The position numbers and the translations under genes were made by a program. From Andalucia godoyi And28 (taxonomy: Eukaryota > Protista > Jakobida): DNA of 64,000 bases. Location: NCBI GenBank assembly GCA_009859145.1, contig VRVR01000005.1, positions 277,448-341,447 of the forward strand, written 5' to 3'. The notes beneath the pieces were generated by a model that was not told the DNA's origin, ran no database searches, and worked only from the letters and a program-made list of their open reading frames with translations. How positions within the stretch are numbered: the stretch's first letter is position 1; each line of letters starts with the position of its first letter. Below, in pieces: positions 23,937 to 33,007 of the stretch.

Positions 23937-26393
23937 ATGGCGGAATATCTGGAAAATGCCGTTTCGGAGAGTTCCGGAGAATCGAAGCAAGAGGTTCATC
24001 GAAAGACATATGTTGATCTTTCTGCAAAGCGGTTGAGTGTGGTTCCGAACATGAGCTGGACGAATCGATTGACAAAGCGCCTGGATCTTTCGTGTAATGA
24101 GATTGCTGATTTTGATGCGAGTGTGATTGCGGCAACGCTGCCGAATCTCGAAGTGCTGATTTTGAACGATAATTTAGTCCAAGGTCTGGACCGCATCTTT
24201 CCGTTATGCACTCTGACGAAGCTCAAAGAACTAGATTTCCGTGGAAACCCCGTCTGCGATGCGTTTTCAAGAATAACAATTGTTCAGGCGCTGTTTTTCC
24301 CGCATCATTCAATGACAAAGCTTCACAAGGACCCGACCGTTGAAAACGACATTGTCCGTTCGCAAAGTCAAGAAACCGTTCACAACTCCAGCAGTAAGCA
24401 GATGGTGCAGCTAAAGTTTGAGCGGCCGCAAAGCTGGCACTCAAAATCATCAACCTCGTCAAAATCAGCAGTTCCGTCGTTGGATTTTTCGAACTTGCAC
24501 AATGCTGACAACAAGATGGTTCATGTTTCGCCAAGAATCCAGTCAGTAAGTAGGCTTGCTGGAGGCATTTCGAGGTTTGACTCGCGGCTGCAGGAGCTTG
24601 AAAAGTTTGGCGATGCTGTGGCGGCTGGAAACGGCAGCGGGCAGACCACACGAAGATCCTCGACAGCATCGCTGTTTGAACAAGAAGATCAGTTTCGCTC
24701 GGCCTCGAATGCGAAGCCGCCTATTTCAGCTCGCGCTAGACCAAAGTCTTCCGGTGGATCGTTCCGACAGATGGTTACGGATCGTAATGGCCCGTCTGGT
24801 CCCGGAAGCGAACGCGGTTTTGGAAAGCCATCTGCTCGGCCGTCAACTTCGGGAGGTTCGGATTCACATCGATCGAGCCGTTTTCGTCCAGCATCCGGGT
24901 CTTCTGCTCCGATTCGCCACGCTGCCTCGTCCATGTTTGAAGAAGAGGAAGAAGACTTGCGGATTCCAAAGGCCTTTACTCCGAGACCGCCCCCTCTGTC
25001 TGCTCGAAGCAGCTTGCAATCTGGATTGGCTTCGTCTGGCCCCATTCCTCGAACGCTAACCTTGAACTTGAACACGGCGTCGGAGCGTTGTGAGTTCGCG
25101 GGTGATGTGGAAATGTACAGTGAAGAACAGTTCATCTTCCGAGAGAGGGACGAGGAAGAAGAGGATTTGCAAAGAAATCCGCACAAGACGAAAGCTCGAG
25201 TAATTGACTATGACATCACATCTCTGGTTCTTTCCGGCGGACCACTTCCCGCGTCTCCGCGAAAGTCAGACCGCCCCTCGTCGAAGTTTTTCCCTGCTCT
25301 CGAGTTGCTGAATGGGCTTGTCGTGACGATAGACGAACTCAAGGAAGCATACGCGGAAGCGCGCCTTGCTGTGGTGGCACACAAGTCCATGCAGCTCCCG
25401 CCCAAGTTGGCGATGAGAATGAAGAGTTACAAGGATCCTGAAGTAGAGTCGCAAATCAACCGCGGATTAGGAGAATGTGAAATGACTCCGGATGCTCTGC
25501 GGTTGTTCCAGAATCTCTCTCTCTCCGCCAGAGGGTCGCTGAACTCGGCTCGGTCGATGACGACTTCTGCGTCCCTTGTGGATTCGGCACGGCTGTCTAC
25601 TGCCCGATCTACAAGTTCTACTGTGGGCTCTCGAACATCCCGCACCCTGATTTCTGAACGCGGTTTTGAGCATCAGACGCTGGACGACCTGAAGATGATG
25701 GTTTGCGAAAGCCACGGCAGATTGTCGATCCCGTCTTATGTAGAATCTGAGCACAGGAAGAATCGACGAGAAACAACCCGACTCTTGTCTGCGCGTTCTG
25801 CAAGTGTCAAGTTGATTTCACAACAGCGCAAACCATCTGAAGTTCTTGTTTCGGATATCAGTCGCATGCTGGAAGAAGCGGATGTTCGAGAAAAGGTGTC
25901 GTTTGCGTTTGGAGAAAAGAACAGCGCCCAGCTCAAGAACGTCCTTTCGACGAAGGAGGAACGTGAAAAGCGAGAAGCGGCCCTGAAGCGGCTGGCGTCT
26001 CATCAAGAGCGTCTCGTGTTGATTTCAAAAGGGAAACTAACGTTGGCTGCTTCTATGCGAAACCAGGAAGAAGAAGAGCATGAAAAAGAGCGTCGTGCGA
26101 AACTGGGTGTTGGCGACGCACTCAAAATGTACTCATCTGCGCAGCTCGGAGGTCATTCCAAGGCTGGCACGACGGCAATGTCTGCTCTTCGACAAACGGG
26201 CGGACTCGGTCGCGTCAAGGGACCGTCGCGGCATCCGCCATCTTTTGAGGTCCAGGGTGTTGTGAAGGACCGTGTGCAGCGCAATATTGATGTTCAGCGC
26301 TTCCGATCGCGGACTGCGAAAAATGACGGCAGCCCAAGTAGCATTGTGTTGGACGATAAGGAGTTTTCATACCGGTCCGATCTATTTCACTGA
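23937..26393 (+). CDS. N-terminal SDS22-like leucine-rich-repeat protein with long disordered and coiled-coil regions
   Basis: LKRLDLSCNEI-type repeats, LEVLILNDNLV and LKELDFRGNPVC (LRR cap); ATG at 23937. Confidence 0.75.
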   Translation: MAEYLENAVSESSGESKQEVHRKTYVDLSAKRLSVVPNMSWTNRLTKRLDLSCNEIADFDASVIAATLPNLEVLILNDNLVQGLDRIFPLCTLTKLKELDFRGNPVCDAFSRITIVQALFFPHHSMTKLHKDPTVENDIVRSQSQETVHNSSSKQMVQLKFERPQSWHSKSSTSSKSAVPSLDFSNLHNADNKMVHVSPRIQSVSRLAGGISRFDSRLQELEKFGDAVAAGNGSGQTTRRSSTASLFEQEDQFRSASNAKPPISARARPKSSGGSFRQMVTDRNGPSGPGSERGFGKPSARPSTSGGSDSHRSSRFRPASGSSAPIRHAASSMFEEEEEDLRIPKAFTPRPPPLSARSSLQSGLASSGPIPRTLTLNLNTASERCEFAGDVEMYSEEQFIFRERDEEEEDLQRNPHKTKARVIDYDITSLVLSGGPLPASPRKSDRPSSKFFPALELLNGLVVTIDELKEAYAEARLAVVAHKSMQLPPKLAMRMKSYKDPEVESQINRGLGECEMTPDALRLFQNLSLSARGSLNSARSMTTSASLVDSARLSTARSTSSTVGSRTSRTLISERGFEHQTLDDLKMMVCESHGRLSIPSYVESEHRKNRRETTRLLSARSASVKLISQQRKPSEVLVSDISRMLEEADVREKVSFAFGEKNSAQLKNVLSTKEEREKREAALKRLASHQERLVLISKGKLTLAASMRNQEEEEHEKERRAKLGVGDALKMYSSAQLGGHSKAGTTAMSALRQTGGLGRVKGPSRHPPSFEVQGVVKDRVQRNIDVQRFRSRTAKNDGSPSSIVLDDKEFSYRSDLFH

Positions 26394-26569
26394 CAGGAAT
26401 GGTGCGACCCAGTTGGGCCTATCTCAGATGCCTCACGTCTTTGTTTTGTTTGAATAGCCCGCCTCCATCTCCGAGAATTGTACATTATTCCCCCCCCCCC
26501 CTTTTTTTTTCGTTCCTCATTTGTTCCGTTGCAATTATTGGTATAAACAGGGGGAAAACAACATCATCA

Positions 26570-27412
26570 TCATCGCTCATCATTGGTGCTGTTATGGCCA
26601 TGATCATAACCAGCTTTTGCATCATCGGCATCGTCGTCCAGAAAATCCACCGAATCATCACAATGGTCCGGAAACTGCAAACTGGATCCATTGTATCGCG
26701 CTGAATGAAACAAGAGTTTCACAAAACTCACGGACAGGAGTCTCCACTCGCGATACAGACCACTCATTCGGTGTTTTCCTTCCTCCGAAGCAATGTGTCG
26801 AGCATCGAATGACCCTCCCAAGTGATAATGGCACTTGGAACCGCATCGGATGTGCCATTCCTTCATCATGACCCGCATATTCCTCTTCCATTTTGAAAAC
26901 GACTCCAATTTTAAAATGCAGCTCTGCAAAACCCTTCGTTTGTGATATTCCGATGCATGCTTTTCAATCTCGGCTTCTTTCAACAGCAGTAAATATACTT
27001 TTCGTGCAAGCATCCTTCGCCAAAACGACTGAATTGTTACGATGGATTCCATTCGACGGTTGAAAACAAAGCGTTTTACATGCGTCCGATAAAACCTCTG
27101 GATGACACGGACATTCTTGGAAAGAATTGGGAATTCCAAATCCAGTGGAGACGAATGCGGACCGCGCTCCCGAGAGACGACGGACTGCAGTGGTTTTCTC
27201 TTTGCAAAACTCTTGAAGGCCTTTGAAAGAGCCGGAAAATCTTGGCTAAACCGAAGCATCCATAGCAATCTTGTGAAAACACGCTGGAAAAGCTATTGAA
27301 GTGCGTCGAATGACAGAAAGAAAGAAGACTAGAATAAAAAATGCACACAACACAAAAAGATATCGACCAATAAGTAAAAGAGGGGGGAAACCTGCAGTTG
27401 ATGCAGCGCCAT
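26570..27412 (-). CDS. IQ-motif (calmodulin-binding) protein; exons 27412-27392 and 27292-26570
   Basis: VIQRFYRTHVKR and TIQSFWRRMLARK IQ motifs; a 7-codon first exon MALHQLQ joins in frame through GT-AG. Confidence 0.7.
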
Positions 27413-27500
27413 CTGGCGGGAACGGAAGCTCGTGTCTCGTGAAAGTTGAGACTCACGAAAGCAACGCTATTGTGGAAAAGTCCCACGCTTGGATACTCAG

Positions 27501-27615
27501 TTTTTCTCTCCTTTCTCTCCTTTCTCTCCTTTCTCTCTTTTCTCTCCTTTCTCTCCTTTCTCCCCTTTCTCCCCTTTCTCCCCTTTCTTGTTGTTGTTGT
27601 TGTTGTTGTTGTTGT
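27501..27615. repeat. (TTTCTCTCC)n followed by (GTT)n
   Basis: 9-bp tandem unit followed by a trinucleotide run, in the divergent IQ/kleisin spacer. Confidence 0.88.
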
Positions 27616-27645
27616 TCTTAAGATTTTAAAAATCACTGCGAGACG

Positions 27646-29648
27646 ATGTTTTACTCTTCGGAGCTCTTGTCGCGAAAGGGGGTCTTTGGCAAACTCTGGC
27701 TTGCCGGGACGTCAAAGTCGACGAAACAGCTTTCGAAAAAGGCAGTGCAAGATGTGGACGTCGTCAGTATGACGAAGGAGCTTGCCAATCCAAAAGTTGA
27801 TCTTGCTCTGAGAGCGGAGGGCATTCTGTTGATGGGTCTCGTGGTCATTCACGACAGAAAGTGCTCAACGCTACTTCGTATGACTTTAGTGCTTCTCGTT
27901 GCCTTTTTTCCGTCTCACACGAGCGTCTTTTTCATTTATATGCATAATATTTGAAAGACTTGAACCTTACTAATCTCTTGAATCTCTTATTCTTCTTTGA
28001 CACAGTCGATTCTCAGGAAATCCGAATGCGAATTAGCGCGATTCTGACGATCAGCGCAGCGAACAGCATCTCGCTCGATCTTCCACCAGAAAAGCTCCGT
28101 GCTCGTTTCGATGCCGTAACAATGCAACTGAACTCGAGAGTTAAAAAAACTGGACCCGGACCGGGGCTTTCGTTCCTTCCGCTGGCAATCTCTGATCTGG
28201 ATACGTTGCCGTCTTTTGCGCTGCCGCATGCACAAAACATGTCAGTTGTGGACACTGAGGAAGTACGCGGATTCCGAGATGTTGAGCGTCTGCGGGGACG
28301 CCAATCTCACAGCAGTCGCGAGAGCAGCACTTCTGCTATCGAACTGCAGTACTCCAACACGGATTCCTATCCAGTGGAGAGCCTGCAACTGACCTTCCGG
28401 GACGACGATGAGGACGCGGAAAACGCAATGCTCGAAATGGCTAATGGCGCTGGCGTTGGATTCGCGGAAGAGATTGGCTTTGGAATGGAGAACGATGCGT
28501 TCGTTGCGCCGGCATCTCGCAGCGACCTCCGGGCAGAGTACACTGGAGGACCGGCAAGTGAGGCACGCACAGCGACGACCACAACGTCAAGCTCCCGCCG
28601 CAAGCGATTCCGACAACTCGGAACGTGGCCTGTCGTTGACGACGGCGAATCGCTGGAAATTCCGAACGACGAGATGCGCAGACGGCTGGATGACGCATCC
28701 GCAATCATGCTGGAGAGACCGGAGTTTGGACAACCACCTCCAAAACGAATTCGTTTGTTTTCTATCAACATGCTCTTCAACGGAGGAAGGCTGGATGTTC
28801 TGCCAGGATCTCGCGCAATCCCACTGTTTGAGAAGATCTGCTCCGTGGTGGAGGGCAACATCTATGGAGCCGGTAACGGCATCCTCCAGGATAAACCGAA
28901 ACGCGGCGCTAAAAAATCAGCAGTTGCGAAAGCCGATGGCCACGTGTTTGACGCCGCTGGTGCCGACGAAGAGCTTGGTTATGGAAACGACGACGCAGAA
29001 TATGCTGTGCGACTACCAGTCGACCGCGATGCAAACCAGAACATCTGTCTGGACGAGCCAGAAGCGCTGCGAGCAGTATTTGACAACTCGACTACGGTCA
29101 AGGACTTTGTGGCTCAGTTTTCTTCTCCTGCGCGAATGTCCATGCTTTCCTTTACCGGAAGCGGCAGTTCTGCTGAACGACCGCGCAGAGTATCTGCACT
29201 GGCCTCTGAGCTGCTGGGCGAGGAGGAGGCACGAGAAAGCAGCAATGCTGGCGAAGCGCTGTCTGCGGACTCTGCAGTAGCCCGTGGATCGAAAACGCTC
29301 GCAAACAGTGATTCTCAGTTCGTCCTGCAGGAAAGTCTTGATACACAGCTTGTGCGCAAGCCCGCAAGCCGTCGTCTGTTCGGTGGCGACATTCCGCAGA
29401 CTCTTGATTCGCAGTCAGAAAAGTTCCTCGCATATGTTCAGGAAGAACTCGCACTTCGAGACGTCGGAAACGAAGAGGCGTTCGGACACAGAGCCCGACC
29501 AACTGTAGGGTTCCTCAAACACTTGACTGTTGGTGCCAGCCGCCGCATGCATGCTCTGGCATTCTATCGAGTCTTGATTTTGCAGACTCTGGGTCATGTG
29601 CACCTCAGCCAAACCGAAGCATTTGGAGAGATCGAAGTCTCTGCCTAG
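27646..29648 (+). CDS. REC8: Cohesin alpha-kleisin (Rad21/Rec8 family, Rec8-like); intron 27878-28005
   Basis: MFYSSELLSRKGVFGKLWLAGT N-terminal domain and ALAFYRVLILQTLGHVHLSQTEAFGEI winged helix. The family call is secure; Rec8 versus Rad21 is tentative. Confidence 0.7.
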
Positions 29649-29725
29649 CGCGCCATCGTTTCCCCGCCCCTTAGTCCCTTTCCACTGCGAATCCCCTGGT
29701 CATACATGGTTTTGCGTGTATGTAT

Positions 29726-29757
<32 letters not shown>

Positions 29758-30318
29758 CTCTCTCTCTCTCCCCTCTCCCCTCTCCCCTCTCCATTTATGT
29801 GTGAAAATATTAAATTAAAAAAACGTGCCATTCTGTGTTTTCTCCTCGCAAAACCTTTTAATTTCCTATCGGGGCTCAGCCCGTCCGCAAAATCCTAGGT
29901 CATCTCGGTGCCTATCGTACAACGCCGAGCCGTCCGTGGATGCCAGAACAGACAGCACAAAATCTACAGAGCGTTGCTCCCTGCGGTGGCGTGCTCAGGA
30001 GCCTGGTGCAGCGGGGCATGTTCCAGTGCCGTTTTGCTTGGCGACAGGTGTTCAATCTGACATTTGAACGGACTGTAGTTCGGAGTCTTTGGAGCATTTT
30101 CCCTCAGCAAACAAAGAAGAGCGAAAACTCCCCCGTTTTGATGGGCACTTTTCGTCCTGATCAATAATCATAATCGTCCTTCCATCTCTCTTTAGGTTTT
30201 TTAAATTATTTTATTAACATTCTTTTTTTATCTGTATGAGAATCCTTTTCATTTTTCTTCACAGATTCACATTCTTGTATAATTCTTGGCTTTTTTGTGA
30301 TATTGGAACGAGCTAAAC

Positions 30319-32052
30319 ATGTCGATGGCTGCGGTTTCTTCTGTCCTGTGCTGTTTGTGCGGTCTGACTATGGAGCCGAATCCGTCAAACATGTGTGTGT
30401 CTTGTCTCCGTCAGCAAGTGGACATCACGGATGGGATTTCGAAGGAGCTTATGCTGCAGTTCTGCCGCGGATGTGGGCGGTATCTAGTGCCACCCAACGG
30501 CTGGGTGTACGCAGAGCTGGAGTCAAAGGAGCTTCTTGCATTGTGTCTGAAACGAATCAAGGGTATGAAGACCGTGAAACTTGTTGATGCAGGTTTTGTG
30601 TGGACAGAGCCTCATTCAAAGCGACTGAAAGTGCGAATTACGATTCAAAAGGAGGTGATGGACTCGACGATTTTGCAGCAGTCGCTGGTGGTGACGTATA
30701 TTGTGCATCAGCAGCAGTGTGAATCTTGCTCGCGTCTCGAATCCGACCAGACGTGGCGCGCTGCGTGCCAGGTTCGGCAAAAGGTGGAGCATAAGAGAAC
30801 GTTCTTGTACTTGGAACAGCTGATCCTCAAGCATAACATGCACTCACACACGGTCACGATCAAGGACCAGCCGGACGGCATCGACTTTTTCTTCAATCAC
30901 CGAACTCATGCACTGCAGTTCACTGCTTTCTTGCATTCTGTAGCTCCGGCAACTTCGCTGACCGCAAAGCAGCTGATTTCGCAAGACGATCATTCCAACA
31001 CATACAATTTCAAGTACACGTTCTCGGTGGAACTTGCGCCGGTGTGCAGAGACGACATGGTCGTCATTCCACCGAAGATGCATTCACAGATGGGCGGTAT
31101 TGGACCGGTTGTGCTCGTTTACAAGGTGTCAAATGCAATCCATCTGATCGATCCGCAGACTCTGCAGACTGCGGAAATCGAGCCGAAAATCTACTTTAAG
31201 AATCCATTCCGGGCCACTCTTGGCGCAAAGAACCTCACCGAGTTTGTGGTTCTGGATGTCGAGCCGGTGTCGTTTACCAACAAACAACTCCAGTCGTCGT
31301 ACGCGTCGTCGCGCTTCAAGCTTGTCGAAGCAACCTTGGCAAGGTCGTCCGACTTGGGAGTGAATGACAATGTGTCGTTTGTCCGCACGCATCTGGGCCA
31401 TCTGTTGCACCCTGGGGACACCGTTATGGGTTACGATCTCACCACTGCGGTTGCCAATGATTCGGCGTTCATGGACTACATGTCCTCTGCAGCATCCTCC
31501 AATGCTGTCCAGGCCTCCAATGCCGCGTCGGGATCTGCAAACGCAAAGAACCGCATTTCATCGAGGTTTCCAGATATCGTGCTGATCAGAAAGGTATATC
31601 CAAATAATGCGAAGCGATCAAAGAAGCGCAAGTGGCATCTCCGAAGGTTGGCGGTCGAGGGAACTGCAGACGGCACGATCGGCGCCGCCGGAGACGGTGG
31701 ACTGTCGAAAAAGTCTGCTGCCCAATACGATATGGCTGTCCAAAGGGCGGCAGATGACTATGAACATTTTTTGCAGGATCTTGAAGAGGATCCGGAGCTG
31801 AGAGCGCAGGTGCGCTTGTTCAAGAACTCACAGGCAATCCGTCAAAAGGATGCGGACGGAATGTCCGTTGCGTCAACATTCGACGAGGATTTGCCGCAGG
31901 TTCCGGCAGACGAACTTGTTGAAGAAGCCGCGTACAGAGTGGTTCACACGGGCGAAGCGCTGAAGACAGACGACGATCTCGAGAGCCATGCAGATGACGA
32001 TTTGGACAGTACGGTAGAAAGTATGGATGACGGTGATTCAACTGCCGAGTAG
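30319..32052 (+). CDS. NMD3: 60S ribosomal export adapter NMD3
   Basis: CCLCG...NPSNMCVSCL, FCRGCGRY, HSKRLKV, QVRQKVEHKRTFLYLEQLILKH, DGIDFFF, FLQDLEEDPELR. Confidence 0.96.
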   Translation: MSMAAVSSVLCCLCGLTMEPNPSNMCVSCLRQQVDITDGISKELMLQFCRGCGRYLVPPNGWVYAELESKELLALCLKRIKGMKTVKLVDAGFVWTEPHSKRLKVRITIQKEVMDSTILQQSLVVTYIVHQQQCESCSRLESDQTWRAACQVRQKVEHKRTFLYLEQLILKHNMHSHTVTIKDQPDGIDFFFNHRTHALQFTAFLHSVAPATSLTAKQLISQDDHSNTYNFKYTFSVELAPVCRDDMVVIPPKMHSQMGGIGPVVLVYKVSNAIHLIDPQTLQTAEIEPKIYFKNPFRATLGAKNLTEFVVLDVEPVSFTNKQLQSSYASSRFKLVEATLARSSDLGVNDNVSFVRTHLGHLLHPGDTVMGYDLTTAVANDSAFMDYMSSAASSNAVQASNAASGSANAKNRISSRFPDIVLIRKVYPNNAKRSKKRKWHLRRLAVEGTADGTIGAAGDGGLSKKSAAQYDMAVQRAADDYEHFLQDLEEDPELRAQVRLFKNSQAIRQKDADGMSVASTFDEDLPQVPADELVEEAAYRVVHTGEALKTDDDLESHADDDLDSTVESMDDGDSTAE

Positions 32053-32260
32053 AATCGTAAATCTGGAGATCATGAAAGCACAATGCACATTTTATTTCAC
32101 GCCGGTTCCCTTTGATGCTTCCATTTATTTCCCTCTTTCCTCCCTCCCCCCGCCTCCGAGAGGAAAATATCATTCTCGAGGAAACACGCGTCTTGGATGC
32201 AGGAGGACACGCAGGAGAGCGACGGAAAGAAAGAAGAAAACCGAAACCAAAAAAAATTAG

Positions 32261-32334
32261 CGAGCATGGCAGGACTCGAACCTGCAACCTCCTAATTCGT
32301 AGTCAGATGCGCTATCCAATTACGCCACACGCCC
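32261..32334 (-). tRNA. tRNA-Arg(ACG)
   Basis: Cloverleaf: acceptor GGGCGTG/CATGCTC, anticodon loop CT-ACG-AA (32298-32300), T-arm GCAGG-TTCGAGT-CCTGC, followed by a T-run terminator. Confidence 0.96.
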
Positions 32335-32383
32335 GCAGGACGCCTGATCCGCCCCTTTGTTTATCATGATTTTGATGATTTAC

Positions 32384-32570
32384 GCTGCTCCCGTCTACAG
32401 AAAACGGTTTTCGGACGAGGCCGTGTGCAGTCTTGGGTCGGAACCGAATGCGACTTTCAGTTCAGAAGGGCGCAGGCCCACTACGCCGGGGCGTTCTTCA
32501 AAAATAGATGTGGAGCACACCATTCCAATTTCTCCATCTAGACATGACCGGACATGATGAGCACACCGGA
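32384..32570 (-). mobile_element. Degenerate 3-prime end (Zn-finger/RuvC-III/omega-RNA) of a Fanzor2/TnpB-like element
   Basis: Encodes CSSCPVMSRWRNWNGVLHIYF and aligns by eye with 23229-23376 (ACATCTAT..TGAAGAACGCC, GGCGT, GGGCCT, CCCTTC, CAAGACTG). Confidence 0.65.
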
Positions 32571-32729
32571 TCGGCGATGGACTGGCGCGCGAACGGCACA
32601 AAAAAAAAAAAGCGAACAGAAAACCACGTTGTCTGAAATGTCTGGGTGAGCGTTGTAAAGTAGAGTGAACAGTGGGTTACTGTAACAAGTTGTAACTTTT
32701 TAACGTATCAAAGACAATAAAAAAACATC

Positions 32730-32875
32730 GCATGGCTCCAAAGAGGGATCTCACCAACAAACTCAAACCGGCCATGCCCGAAGATGCCGAGACCCAGGAA
32801 ACTCGTGGTTGCGATGACCCTTCAATGCAGAGCAATCTGCATTGAAGAGGTGGTGCTCGTCCCCAATTGAGTTTT
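32730..32875 (+). ncRNA. Candidate structured RNA with a perfect 12-bp GCAA-capped hairpin
   Basis: CTTCAATGCAGA-GCAA-TCTGCATTGAAG at 32820-32847, further helices, and T4/T5 runs downstream. Confidence 0.35.
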
Positions 32876-33007
32876 AAATTTTTAAATTAAAAAAAAACCC
32901 GTCGTTTGGACCTGTCTTCGGTGACAGCTTAGCCGATGATGATCAGTAATGGATTCATGTTTTAGCGAGCGGACAAACATCCTTCGTAGCGCAATATGCA
33001 TGAATGT

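Noticed and set aside
32554-32636. C/D-box-like pair ATGATGA...CTGA
   Set aside because: The C box is the antisense of the CSSC codons of the Fanzor relic, the interval contains a long A-run, and I recognised no rRNA-complementary guide.
32758-32767. CAAACTCAAA shared with the predicted guide region of the 23.3 kb element
   Set aside because: A 10-nt match outside the scaffold-proximal seed is expected by chance in 64 kb.
32731-32900. UGA-readthrough selenoprotein plus SECIS
   Set aside because: The AUGA/GA quartet is out of register with the stem, there is no apical AA motif, and the peptide resembles no selenoprotein.
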